Below, piece by piece: positions 18,601-26,682 of a stretch of DNA of 64,000 bases. Under the pieces are notes generated by a model that saw only the letters and a list, made by a program, of their open reading frames with translations, was not told the origin of the DNA and did not search any database. Positions within the stretch are counted from its first letter, which is position 1. Each line of letters begins with the position of its first letter. The stretch lies in IMG/VR virus record IMGVR_UViG_3300050014_000823, positions 124,001-188,000 of that record. The stretch is one strand, 5' to 3'. The translations under genes were made by a program, and so were the position numbers.

Positions 18601-19015
18601 TTTTCCAAGGATTGTTTTTCTGGTCACCATGATGCCAAACCGCCCAAACTACATTATCGTCTTGATATAACGTTGTTTTATCGTAGTATTCGACATTGGG
18701 ATTGTTCAATGTCTTGACGATTGCACGTATACTATCAACTCGCTTGAGATTTTTCTTCCTGCAGTCGTGATTACCTCTTGTTATCCTCACAGGAGCAATC
18801 ATTGCCAAAGTATTGAGTAAATCGTGTGCTAATATAAGTTGTTCACCCTGTAAGTCAAGGTAATCGTGAACCAAGTCACCGACAACAACAATTCTGTCGG
18901 GTTTTTCTTTTTCTAAAGATTTTATGAGATTTTTAAATACTTCTTCGTATTCGTCATTTCGTACTGGTACTTTTCTGATGTGGATATCTGCAAGGTGAGC
19001 AATCTTTTTTATCAT
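15692..19015 (-). CDS. sbcCD: SbcD(Mre11)-SbcC(Rad50) fusion recombination nuclease/ATPase
   Basis: Phosphoesterase motifs ADIH, GDLVH, GNHD, GDIH; Walker A GINTAGKTT; Zn hook CPTCG; signature SASGKE; Walker B FLLDE; H-loop IEH. Confidence 0.9.
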   Translation of the reverse strand: MIKKIAHLADIHIRKVPVRNDEYEEVFKNLIKSLEKEKPDRIVVVGDLVHDYLDLQGEQLILAHDLLNTLAMIAPVRITRGNHDCRKKNLKRVDSIRAIVKTLNNPNVEYYDKTTLYQDDNVVWAVWHHGDQKNNPWKTKAGKEFLSGRTDGQIAIDLFHDPISGCKSTTGFEMKSKSYYKLSEFKGDLSMFGDIHRMQYLDALHTKAYCGSLIAQDVSEGDDNFHGYLLWHLDSMSAEEFPIKNNYSFKNVKITPFTDFDDLELDIPNPTKHMRVRFVWGTLPQSRTKDNERKLVEFLKSQHKNVIISHKNEFIEADKMDVNENVTIENISDEAVQHEIFKEYLEKIGTDPQLVADIIALDEEITASITLDEVSNLEWNVIKFGGRNFASYANIDVDWRDMDGLFQITGINTAGKTTIMKLITYILFGKSLETESRKQFGDSRFVNNRNGATFCEGYIVIEANGEYYGIKKKTTIEKNKSGEIKGAPTTLSYYLLSNPDEEMDDNTVLEKLDDDRRIKTQKNLDIILGTYDNFMRIVMTTSDTLNRILSNDMAVFIDSLLFDTGLDIFDKKLEGLKVYQKKANERNRVTCNVEATTSQNQQYLEDIRLLDAEVLDYETIKIPEVQGKIQTGRTYVETLTKKLFKIDPEIANLSVDSVKKTIGIHNETIKQHNQRKGILETSIAALRETYDAERLQQLTWKKDAHKTNEYTNRMVIKGHEQTIMAAEHQIEIFNGYVLRHKQQGAQYKKDIQELKDSKICPTCGQLLTAEHQDHITEKIKAVEALMFPLADDIKKWLSVDIKNNQDVIDAKNKEITGVKTIIENDALEMESTLKEIGTLTNEMNDVNRRKELQVELDQIPVKIQNEELKISILQQKIDNYDNNILQIEENQKIEKGIVAAKDKIRLLENDERELTEDLYLKKTAIADRQIRIKNNELLIVEFKIQEYQDSVMALYKKCVHRDGIPKQMLVNYILPKINLTLENILSVAQFKVWLDEDDLRPKLVYNSRPGAVIDCISASGKERTFSSVVLKFALNQINIKAKPMMFLLDEVMGKLSDESVEEFIEILHVIKNHMKKTLVIEHKEEINPDYLINVTVDEDGISSLVLE

Positions 19016-19030
19016 TACTAAAAATTTTTA

Positions 19031-19038
19031 CAAATATA
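19031..19038 (-). promoter_or_regulatory. Bacteroidota-type -7 element TATATTTG
   Basis: TAnnTTTG 16 nt upstream of the sbcCD ATG, with TTG further upstream. Confidence 0.6.
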
Positions 19039-19067
19039 TCTAAATCACCCTTATAATGCAAGGGTTT

Positions 19068-19814
19068 TTATAAATTGTCAATAATCCACGAATTACTTGA
19101 CTTATCTCTTTTAATATGATATTTTTTTATCAGTCTATAAAATGTCCTTAAATTCATATTTATTTTTTTGGCTGCAATATTAATCGTACCGGATGAATTT
19201 AATGCCTTAAGCATCGATGAAACCTTTTGAAATTCTAAATTTAATTCACCGTTATCTACCTTTCTCAAAATTGTGCTTCCACCATAATTTTTATTAAAAA
19301 GTATACCTGTTCCATTGTCTAATCTACCGAAATAATTAATAAACACTTGCTCAATATGATATGCATCAATTTCAGTAACATTTTCAATCAACTTTACGGC
19401 AGAAAAATCATTGGTTGACTTTAATTCATTAATGCGCTCGATTAAATTAGTGTCCCTATTATTCATGTCTGAAATTCTACCGTTTTTACCCTTACCAAAA
19501 TATATTGGTTCATAGTATAAATAAAAATTACCAACTCTAATATCTACTTCTTTTCTCATATTATAATATACATAAACGTAATAATTATTGGTCGCACGAT
19601 TGTTGTTGATTGTGTCGATGATTGTAGCATCTTCGATTTTTATTTCATTAAAATAATTAATATCGGTGATTTTAATCTTATAATGTTCTAATATCGCTTC
19701 CTCAATCACATCATTTACGCTAACGTCTTGATTTTCATCTTTAGATAATGTTATTCTAATTTCTTCAAGTTTATTAAATAAACCATCAGATAACTCATAC
19801 ACAATTTTTTTCAT
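19068..19814 (-). CDS. LEM-3-like GIY-YIG endonuclease with N-terminal RHH-like and C-terminal HTH segments (start reassigned to MKKIV)
   Basis: YYVYVYY...IYFGKGK..R and E..FI..FGR...G.L.N; late motif at 19828-19836. Confidence 0.65.
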   Translation of the reverse strand: MKKIVYELSDGLFNKLEEIRITLSKDENQDVSVNDVIEEAILEHYKIKITDINYFNEIKIEDATIIDTINNNRATNNYYVYVYYNMRKEVDIRVGNFYLYYEPIYFGKGKNGRISDMNNRDTNLIERINELKSTNDFSAVKLIENVTEIDAYHIEQVFINYFGRLDNGTGILFNKNYGGSTILRKVDNGELNLEFQKVSSMLKALNSSGTINIAAKKINMNLRTFYRLIKKYHIKRDKSSNSWIIDNL

Positions 19815-19836
19815 AACTAAAATTTTATATAAATAC

Positions 19837-19857
19837 TGACAATTTTGAAATTTGTCA
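19837..19857. promoter_or_regulatory. Imperfect inverted repeat TGACAATTTT-G-AAATTTGTCA (operator candidate)
   Basis: In the divergent intergenic region upstream of hsp20; a second TGACA at about 19875. Confidence 0.4.
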
Positions 19858-19947
19858 TGTTTTAATGTAAATTTTGACATTAAATACTCAATGGTATGAT
19901 TTCTGATAAGTTATGTGAAAATAACTTTATTTAAAATTTTAAAAGCT

Positions 19948-20286
19948 ATGTTAGTAAGAAGAAGCACAACACCATCCATTTTGGATTTGATATTCGATGA
20001 CGATTTATTTAATCCATTCAAAGACACATCGATTCAATGCCCGATTCACGATGTTATCGAAAACGAAAAAGAATTTGTTGTTGAAGCAATGTTAGCCGGG
20101 GTTAAAAAGGAAGATGTTCTCGTTGATATCAACGCAAGGAGATTGTCAATTGAGGCAGTACGCAAGGAAGTTAAAGACCTGAAATACAACCGTAAAGAAT
20201 CCTATACAGGCAAATATAAAAGGTCTTTCATTTTACCGGATATTGCCGATGCAGAAAACATCACAGCCAACTTGGAAGACGGGGTA
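19948..20286 (+). pseudogene. Hsp20 small heat-shock protein, 5' part (interrupted)
   Basis: Alpha-crystallin motifs DVIENEKEFVVEAMLAGVKKEDV and FxRSFILP..AD.ENITANLEDGV; the frame leaves hsp20 after GGG GTA. Confidence 0.9.
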
Positions 20287-20386
20287 CATGAACAGTTCGG
20301 TTAAATCTACAAAAAATTACAAGAACCTATGAAAATCTATGAAAAAAATAAATTTAAGAAAAACCGATATTTTTATTTAATATATA

Positions 20387-20395
20387 CTATTTATA
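20387..20395 (+). promoter_or_regulatory. Phage late-type motif CTATTTATA inside the IS, upstream of tnpB
   Basis: Same motif as the structural genes, on the tnpB sense strand. Confidence 0.5.
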
Positions 20396-20427
20396 AAAGG
20401 GATTAAAAATTAACCCGTAAAACAAAA

Positions 20428-21720
20428 ATGATAAAAGCAGTTAAAATAAGACTTTATCCGAACAAAACTCAAAGTAGTTATATAAATCGTCTATGTGGTT
20501 CATATAGAAAGATTTATAATATGTGTTTGGAGAAGAAAATAACCGCTTATACAACAGATAAAACAACAGTAACATTTGGTGATTTAGGTAAATATTTTCA
20601 TCAAGACCTAACTAAAAATGAAGAATTTAATTATCTTAATGAACACAATACTAAAGTATTAAAGCAAAGTATTATTGATTTAATGGATGCCTATAAACGA
20701 TTCTTCATCAACAATACTGGTTTTCCAAAATATAAATCAAAACATGACAGTAAACAATCGGCAAGGTTTCCTTTAGAAGCAATATCAAAACTAAATAGTT
20801 ATTCAGATAATAAAATAACTTTAGGTAAAAACTTACAAAAGATTGGCTTTGAATGCAGTGACAGAGATAAAAATTATTTAACTAATCATAAAGATAAAAT
20901 TAAATCAGCAACTATAAGTAGAACCAAATCAGATAAATATTTTTTATCAATACTAATTGAAAATATAATTGAAAAACAAATACCAGAACCAACTAATGAT
21001 ATTTTAGGTATTGATATTGGTATAAAAGATTTTATGGTTTGTTCTGATGGTCAGGTATTTGATAACTTAAAGTTAAAAAGAAATAATGAAAAGACTTTAA
21101 CTAAATTACAAAGACAATTAAGTAAAAAAGTTATTGGGAGTCATAACAGGTATAAAATCAAATTAAAATTAGCAAAGAAACACGAAAAATTAAATAATAT
21201 AAAAATAAATTACATACATAACATTACAACTCAATTAGTTCGTGAGAACCAAACGATAGTTATTGAGAATTTAAATGTTAAAGGTATGTTAAAAAACCAT
21301 TGTTTGGCAAAATCAATTCAAGATTTAAGTATCAACGAGACATTCAGACAGTTAAAATATAAATCTGAATGGTATGGAAGAGATTTGATTATAATAGACA
21401 GATGGTTTCCTTCATCAAAATTATGTAATGTTTGCGGTTATAAGTATAAAGAATTATCATTAAAAGAAAGGTATTGGACTTGTCCAGACTGTGGAACACA
21501 ACATAATAGAGATTATAATGCCGCAACAAACATTAAAAATGAAGGTCAGAGAATTTTAAATAATAAAATAGGGACACGTTATCCCGAATTTACGCTTGAG
21601 GACAATCCAACTATGGATGACAGACTTAGCAATAAGGTACTAAAAAGTAGTGATTGGTTGAGACAAGAAGAAAAAAGTACAAATAGTGAACGAAGTGAAC
21701 TTCGTACTAATTTTTTGTAG
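20428..21720 (+). CDS. tnpB: RNA-guided endonuclease TnpB
   Basis: N-terminal AVKIRLYPN HTH; RuvC-I LGIDIG, RuvC-II IVIENL, Zn finger CNVCG/CPDCG, RuvC-III HNRDYNAA; the D/E/D triad is intact. Confidence 0.95.
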   Translation: MIKAVKIRLYPNKTQSSYINRLCGSYRKIYNMCLEKKITAYTTDKTTVTFGDLGKYFHQDLTKNEEFNYLNEHNTKVLKQSIIDLMDAYKRFFINNTGFPKYKSKHDSKQSARFPLEAISKLNSYSDNKITLGKNLQKIGFECSDRDKNYLTNHKDKIKSATISRTKSDKYFLSILIENIIEKQIPEPTNDILGIDIGIKDFMVCSDGQVFDNLKLKRNNEKTLTKLQRQLSKKVIGSHNRYKIKLKLAKKHEKLNNIKINYIHNITTQLVRENQTIVIENLNVKGMLKNHCLAKSIQDLSINETFRQLKYKSEWYGRDLIIIDRWFPSSKLCNVCGYKYKELSLKERYWTCPDCGTQHNRDYNAATNIKNEGQRILNNKIGTRYPEFTLEDNPTMDDRLSNKVLKSSDWLRQEEKSTNSERSELRTNFL

Positions 21721-21755
21721 ATTTTTTTGAACGGTATTAACAGTTACAATTCCAA
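21575..21755 (+). ncRNA. Predicted omegaRNA scaffold plus guide (boundaries approximate)
   Basis: TnpB omegaRNAs overlap the 3' end of the ORF and right end, with the guide taken from the flank. This call is positional only; the RNA was not folded. Confidence 0.4.
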
Positions 21756-21802
21756 AACTTGACAAAGCCAAAGAACTAAAGACAAAAATTGAGATTAAAT
21801 AA
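21737..21802 (+). pseudogene. Hsp20, 3' part (LTVTIPKLDKAKELKTKIEIK*)
   Basis: Completes the GVLTVTIPK...IEI C-terminal motif. Confidence 0.9.
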
Positions 21803-21813
21803 CGCATGTCTCA

Positions 21814-21851
21814 AAAACAAGATGAGGTCACAAATTGTGACCTCATTTTTT
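21814..21851. terminator. Bidirectional terminator
   Basis: Stem ATGAGGTCACAA/TTGTGACCTCAT with an A-run before and a T-run after, between convergent genes. Confidence 0.8.
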
Positions 21852-22500
21852 ATTCGAATATGTCTTCTGGCATTGACTTCTTTAACTTTGTTTTTATGTA
21901 GTTGATTTTGTTGCTCACAGTACTACTCGTAAGTTGGAATTCACTGCCAATTTCCTTATAGTCATACCCTTGAACATATTTCATATCAAGCAGGGCATAG
22001 TCATCGGGCGATATTTGTTTGGAAATATAGCTTAGTGCATTGCTATTCTCAAAGTTACATGAAGTTGAGTTTACAATTGAGCCAGTAACTGTGCCTGAGT
22101 TTGAAACTGAAACATTCCCATCACTCACAGTAAATGTATTGTTGAAATATCCACCCGAACCATAGTCACAGGAAGTCAGAGTAACATTTGTGTTTGCGGG
22201 TAATATGGTGGTACAGCAGACTGCAGTACAACGCCACTTATCTATCATGTAATTTTTACAGATTGTCAACACCCAAGATTTGAATTTAGCTTTGTGTTCG
22301 CTAAAGTCCTTGATGTTCATGAAGATTTTAATCAGCACTTCTGATACGTCATCGTCAATATCGTAATAGGTTTTGTATTTGCTTAAAATAAAATCTTTAA
22401 CAACTTTTCTATAACGTTTATACAGTATTTCTTGTGCCGTCTGATTTCCATCCAAAATATTTTGAATTAGAACTATATCGTCCTGCTCCTTGCTTATCAT
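21850..22500 (-). CDS. ECF-type sigma-70 factor with an unusual Ser/Thr/Cys-rich linker (start likely MISKE)
   Basis: Region 2 (DDDVSEVLIKIF...FKSWVLTICKNYMIDKWR) and region 4 HTH (GYDYKEIGSEFQLTSSTVSNKI). Confidence 0.8.
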   Translation of the reverse strand: MISKEQDDIVLIQNILDGNQTAQEILYKRYRKVVKDFILSKYKTYYDIDDDVSEVLIKIFMNIKDFSEHKAKFKSWVLTICKNYMIDKWRCTAVCCTTILPANTNVTLTSCDYGSGGYFNNTFTVSDGNVSVSNSGTVTGSIVNSTSCNFENSNALSYISKQISPDDYALLDMKYVQGYDYKEIGSEFQLTSSTVSNKINYIKTKLKKSMPEDIFE

Positions 22501-23497
22501 AAGGTTTTGCCAACTTATTAATAAAGTAATCATCCACAGTCAAACCCCTTGCGCTACGTAGGCTTTTCAGTACTTCGTCAATACCTCTTCTCTTACGAAG
22601 TTCATCCAAATCCTTCTCACAAGGAATTTTAACTATTTTGACCCTTTCCTCACAATCCACATAAATATTATGTAGGGTGTAATACAATTCAATAGCATTT
22701 TTATATGCGTCAGGGTCTAATAAAACCACAACATCTGGTTTTAATTCTTTCAGTTTTAAAAATAAAGTCGATGAAATTGTCTTTCCCAACATCGGTATGA
22801 TGTTAACGGGGAAACTGAACATTTCAAATGCGCCTTCAACAAGATATACAGTAGAATCCCAATTTACAAATCCCTCATTAAAGATAATCTTGTCTTTATC
22901 AGACTTTGGATTATCATAGGGTTTAATTTTCTTATTTCCAATATCATAATTTCTTGCAACGAAATAATTGACCTCACCGTTCTTATCGTATGACGGTACA
23001 ATTATTCTTTTTTCATATTTACCTGTAGTACAAAAACCAAGCCGATATTTTAAAATTATATCCCTTGATATCATTCTTTCATTAATCATGTAGTTATATG
23101 CCTCAAAATGTTCTTGATTTGTTGCATCCATTTGACTGAATAAAATCATTTCCTCTGGCAACTTTACAGCTACATATTCTTTTTCATCATCCTCATTATA
23201 TTCATAATCTGCATAAATGCTTGCATATGATTTATAAAGGTCATAATCTATCGAAGTTCCGAATGTCCGGATTAATCTGCCAAGCGAACCACTGAACTTT
23301 GGCTCATCACACTTCCAACACCTAAACATTCTCTTAGCAGTGTTGATTTCTAAGTTGAATTTTCCGTCAGGATAACTAAGACCCTCTCTTTCTTGGCAAT
23401 GCGGACAGTTAACCTGTACCTGTTCAGATACTTGCAAACCATTTACATCGCCAAAGACGTTCTGGATTATACTATGAAATTCCTGTCCCCGAATCAT
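22418..23497 (-). CDS. dnaG: DNA primase (Zn-binding domain plus TOPRIM)
   Basis: CPHC...CWKC Zn motif; RIIVPSYD..G.VNYFVAR; VYLVEG and LLDPDA TOPRIM motifs. Confidence 0.85.
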   Translation of the reverse strand: MIRGQEFHSIIQNVFGDVNGLQVSEQVQVNCPHCQEREGLSYPDGKFNLEINTAKRMFRCWKCDEPKFSGSLGRLIRTFGTSIDYDLYKSYASIYADYEYNEDDEKEYVAVKLPEEMILFSQMDATNQEHFEAYNYMINERMISRDIILKYRLGFCTTGKYEKRIIVPSYDKNGEVNYFVARNYDIGNKKIKPYDNPKSDKDKIIFNEGFVNWDSTVYLVEGAFEMFSFPVNIIPMLGKTISSTLFLKLKELKPDVVVLLDPDAYKNAIELYYTLHNIYVDCEERVKIVKIPCEKDLDELRKRRGIDEVLKSLRSARGLTVDDYFINKLAKPYDKQGAGRYSSNSKYFGWKSDGTRNTV

Positions 23498-23502
23498 AGG
23501 GA

Positions 23503-23510
23503 CAAATATA
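23503..23510 (-). promoter_or_regulatory. Bacteroidota-type -7 element TATATTTG
   Basis: Immediately upstream of the primase ATG. Confidence 0.55.
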
Positions 23511-23513
23511 AAT

Positions 23514-23545
23514 AAAAAAATGCTCCAATCAAAGGATTTGGAGCA
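23514..23545 (-). terminator. Rho-independent terminator
   Basis: Stem TGCTCCA/TGGAGCA with a T-run. Confidence 0.65.
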
Positions 23546-23566
23546 CTCATTTTAAAATATTCTCAA

Positions 23567-24115
23567 TTAGAATCTTTTTTCTTTCTGCAAGAACGGGAAA
23601 AACAGTATCATCCTGTTCATAAAAGCTGCAGGTGGAATAATAAGATTTGGGTTATGTGTCATCGGGTCAAATCCCATTTTAATGTAGTTTGACTGTATCT
23701 CGTGAAAGAGTGTCAACACGCCACCTTTAAGGTCACCGTCATTCTGTATACCTGCACCATTTTTAATTGCCTGATTCTCGTTGAATATCTTCTGATAGTC
23801 AATTTTAGCAACAGCCAATTCTGATTTAAGTACTTCGTTTTCGCTTGCAAGCAATGCAACCTGTTCTTGGAGCCAGATATCACCAGACTTTGGTTCTCCT
23901 TCTTCTACTTCGAGAAGGTCTTCTTTCTTAGGTGCAGTAATTTCCAAGTTTACGCCATCAAGTAAATCTTTTACGGTTTCTTTTGCTTTGATGTCACGTT
24001 TTTCTTCTGGAGTAAGCACTTTTTCCACAACTTTTGTTGCAGGTTTTTTAGCAGGTGCTGCCTTCTTTGTAGCTGTACCTTTTGCTAAGTTTAATAAGTT
24101 CGTATTCTTTGCCAT
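23567..24115 (-). CDS. Hypothetical coiled-coil protein (start reassigned to MAKNT)
   Basis: Late motif at 24139-24147 overlaps the ORF-track start; Lys/Ala-rich N-terminus. Confidence 0.6.
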   Translation of the reverse strand: MAKNTNLLNLAKGTATKKAAPAKKPATKVVEKVLTPEEKRDIKAKETVKDLLDGVNLEITAPKKEDLLEVEEGEPKSGDIWLQEQVALLASENEVLKSELAVAKIDYQKIFNENQAIKNGAGIQNDGDLKGGVLTLFHEIQSNYIKMGFDPMTHNPNLIIPPAAFMNRMILFFPFLQKEKRF

Positions 24116-24176
24116 ATTAATAAATTTTATATTTTTCATATAAATACTGTAAAATTTTATAAAAATCTATAAAAAC

Positions 24177-24207
24177 AAAAAAACTCGCACAATAATGCGA
24201 GTTTTTT
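24177..24207 (-). terminator. Rho-independent terminator
   Basis: Stem AAAAAACTCGCA/TGCGAGTTTTTT. Confidence 0.75.
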
Positions 24208-24224
24208 ATTAAACATGGAATTAT

Positions 24225-25688
24225 TTAAAGTACCAAATTAGAATTCAGATGTGCCATAAGACCTGCTTCGTCATTCCAGATGAAACCTTCACCTGCTTTA
24301 ATTGCGCCAACGAAACCTTTCTTGTGATGCCATTCTTCCGTACCTGTAAGACTTGAAAGATACCTTACGGTAACTCCAAGGTCTTCACTGACAGTACGTT
24401 TTCTGTCAAGAATTGCATAGTTCACATTACGTTTTCTGTGTATGTGACCTAAATGCCATTCGTGATAAACTGTTTCGCTCCACATTGGTTTTGATTCAAT
24501 GTCGGTTGCCATTAACATTGGTAATGAAACTTCCTTTTCTTCGCCACCGTGGGTCAGACCAAGCAATACTTTACCGAATTTATAATATTTTCTTGGAGAA
24601 GCACCATTATTAACGCTAACCTGTTGGTCTTGGTTGAACCATGCTTCCAAGTATGCGCCTAAGTAATAACTACGCTCAAAGTCATGGTTGCCGGGAATTA
24701 CAACTACGTCAACTGGAACACCTGTTTGTTTCAACAAATTAATTGCATCAACAAGAAGTCTGGTTCCAACGTTGAAAGTTTTCTGCCAACGTAAGTCCTC
24801 ATCCTGTGGTGTACCTTTAGTTGTTGTATTGAGAATTGTATCTGAGTTGAAGAAGTCGTTGCCGACAGGGAAGAGTATTCTTGAGAACTGATATCCGCTT
24901 GCTCTATGAATCAAAGTCTTAATTGTGTGTAAAAATCTCTCACGAGCGATTTTCACGTCATAATTCTCAAATGTTTCACCACCCCAAGCAAGTTTACCGA
25001 TGTGTAAGTCAAAGATTGAAACTTCGAAAAGATTGTTTTCGATGTATGTCTTTGTTGTAAGCGGTTTTATGCTTAGTACTGGTGGCACGTAATCCTGTAC
25101 CATTTCAATAAACGCCTCACCGATTGCCTGTTCTTTAACATATGCCTTATTTCTTATAAGACGTGCTTTAACCTGGAAATTCTGAAAGGTTGTTGGTACT
25201 TTGTTTACGATTGCTGTTACGTCCCATTTGTTGACGATGTGGCTTTCAACTTTCCACACATTGAGGTCAACTTTACAGATTTTAATGAGTTCGTCAAGAG
25301 TTTTAATGTGGTCGGGTGGATAGTTTGCACCCCAAGTCCAGTCGATTACTGCTTCTTCCTTTTCTTCATCAGCACTAAAGGTTGTTTTTTCACCGTCCTG
25401 AATTTTAGGAATGTCTACGGGTTTTTCAGTTGCTTCTATGTCTGATTTTATTGGAGATACACCTAATTCTTGTTTTTCATAAGCGGTGTATGCGTCATTG
25501 AACCTTGAGAAAAGTTCATCAGAGATTGCTTCATTTTCATATAAGTCAATAACAACTGCTTTTACGTTTTTGACGTAAGTATTGGCACGTCCGAAATTTT
25601 CGCACGCTGCTCTGACTGATATTTTGTGTTGGATTGCATAATTAATGATTTCTACTGCTTTGTCTATTCGTTCACTTTTTATTGCCAT
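24225..25688 (-). CDS. Calcineurin-like metallophosphoesterase with N-terminal HTH
   Basis: DLHIGK, GNDFFN, PGNHD, THG and GHIH motifs; TAnnTTTG element at 25727-25734. Confidence 0.8.
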   Translation of the reverse strand: MAIKSERIDKAVEIINYAIQHKISVRAACENFGRANTYVKNVKAVVIDLYENEAISDELFSRFNDAYTAYEKQELGVSPIKSDIEATEKPVDIPKIQDGEKTTFSADEEKEEAVIDWTWGANYPPDHIKTLDELIKICKVDLNVWKVESHIVNKWDVTAIVNKVPTTFQNFQVKARLIRNKAYVKEQAIGEAFIEMVQDYVPPVLSIKPLTTKTYIENNLFEVSIFDLHIGKLAWGGETFENYDVKIARERFLHTIKTLIHRASGYQFSRILFPVGNDFFNSDTILNTTTKGTPQDEDLRWQKTFNVGTRLLVDAINLLKQTGVPVDVVVIPGNHDFERSYYLGAYLEAWFNQDQQVSVNNGASPRKYYKFGKVLLGLTHGGEEKEVSLPMLMATDIESKPMWSETVYHEWHLGHIHRKRNVNYAILDRKRTVSEDLGVTVRYLSSLTGTEEWHHKKGFVGAIKAGEGFIWNDEAGLMAHLNSNLVL

Positions 25689-25761
25689 AATTAATGATTT
25701 AGATAAAATTATAAGATATTTTCGGTCAAAAATAATTTAAATATATCGGAAACACAAGGTT

Positions 25762-26070
25762 TTATATAAATACATTGCCATTTTTTTTAAGAAAGTTCAG
25801 TGTTTCTTCTATTTTCATACATTCTTTTCGGAATGAAACCTCTTCAGTTATAGATAGTTCGAACCACTCACCTTCTTTATGAAAGTGAGAATAACGTCTT
25901 TGTAAAGCATGCTCAATTTTAATTGCATGCTCAGTTAAGTATGTGTCAATGAGTTTTAATGGAGACGAGTTTCCCGTCTGCAGTTGTTGAATTCTTTTTG
26001 TGGGGTGCTTTGAAATCCCAATCTTATAATACCCGTTTTCTAATGATTGTATTAAATAAATGTATCGCAT
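25762..26070 (-). CDS. GIY-YIG (T5orf172-like) nuclease
   Basis: YIYLIQS...YYKIGISK.P.KR..QLQTGN...EH.LQ...EGEWF. Confidence 0.85.
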   Translation of the reverse strand: MRYIYLIQSLENGYYKIGISKHPTKRIQQLQTGNSSPLKLIDTYLTEHAIKIEHALQRRYSHFHKEGEWFELSITEEVSFRKECMKIEETLNFLKKNGNVFI

Positions 26071-26681
26071 TACTTAAGAATACCCAAAGTTTTCAGTCCG
26101 GCAACACCTACACAATAGCTGTCTGACATATCGAAACACATGTCTTTCAGAGTGTTGTTCCTGGTGTAAAACCATTCAATTTGGGGTTCTAATTTAGCAA
26201 CTTTTTCCCAGATATACAACTTTTTATCTTTTAAATATTTTTCCGGGAAGCTAAGTGTCTCAACTCTTTCACCCTTTTTCATGCTAACTCGCACTAACTC
26301 AGGACAAAACAATTTACGAGACTCGTATACACTTATTTTTGCTGGCATTATATCAAACACCTTATATAATATGTATCTTGCAATGGCATTAAAACCAAGT
26401 AATAAAGCAGTGGTGTTGATATTCTTAGGTGTATTCGAAAGCGGTGCTTCGATAAAAACACTAACAATCTCACCGTTCAGTTCATCTTCGATTCTCTGTT
26501 TATATGCAATACAATATTCTTTAAAGACTTCTGCTTTAATAATATCTCTATCCTCAACAACAGTATCTTTATCGGACTTTAAAGCAAGGTGCTTGAGTTC
26601 GATTAGCTTACCCTTTTCGTCCCAAAGAGAACACCCTACATTAGTTGTTGAAACATCTAATGACCATATGTATTTTTCCAT
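26070..26681 (-). CDS. RuvC-like Holliday junction resolvase
   Basis: WSLDVSTTNVG, VFIEAP and DMSDSY acidic motifs. Confidence 0.75.
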   Translation of the reverse strand: MEKYIWSLDVSTTNVGCSLWDEKGKLIELKHLALKSDKDTVVEDRDIIKAEVFKEYCIAYKQRIEDELNGEIVSVFIEAPLSNTPKNINTTALLLGFNAIARYILYKVFDIMPAKISVYESRKLFCPELVRVSMKKGERVETLSFPEKYLKDKKLYIWEKVAKLEPQIEWFYTRNNTLKDMCFDMSDSYCVGVAGLKTLGILK

Positions 26682-26682
26682 A

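Larger units (their letters stand above)
20285..21734 (+). mobile_element. Non-autonomous IS607-like tnpB-only element inserted in hsp20
   Basis: GGTA is shared at both junctions (20283-6, 21733-6; GG core). A 17-bp subterminal inverted repeat lies at 20303-20319 and 21708-21724. Removing 1450 bp restores the hsp20 frame. Confidence 0.8.

Noticed and set aside
20285-21734. IStron (group I intron plus IS) restoring hsp20 by splicing
   Set aside because: Only about 140 AT-rich nt lie between the left end and tnpB, too little for a group I core. No in-frame junction gives both an exon-terminal U and an intron-terminal G. RT-PCR would be decisive.
20281-21740. T4 gene 60-like ribosomal bypassing to complete Hsp20
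   Set aside because: The gap is 1.45 kb and contains another ORF, and there is no strong take-off hairpin. The GGT before the stop does not match an in-frame landing codon.
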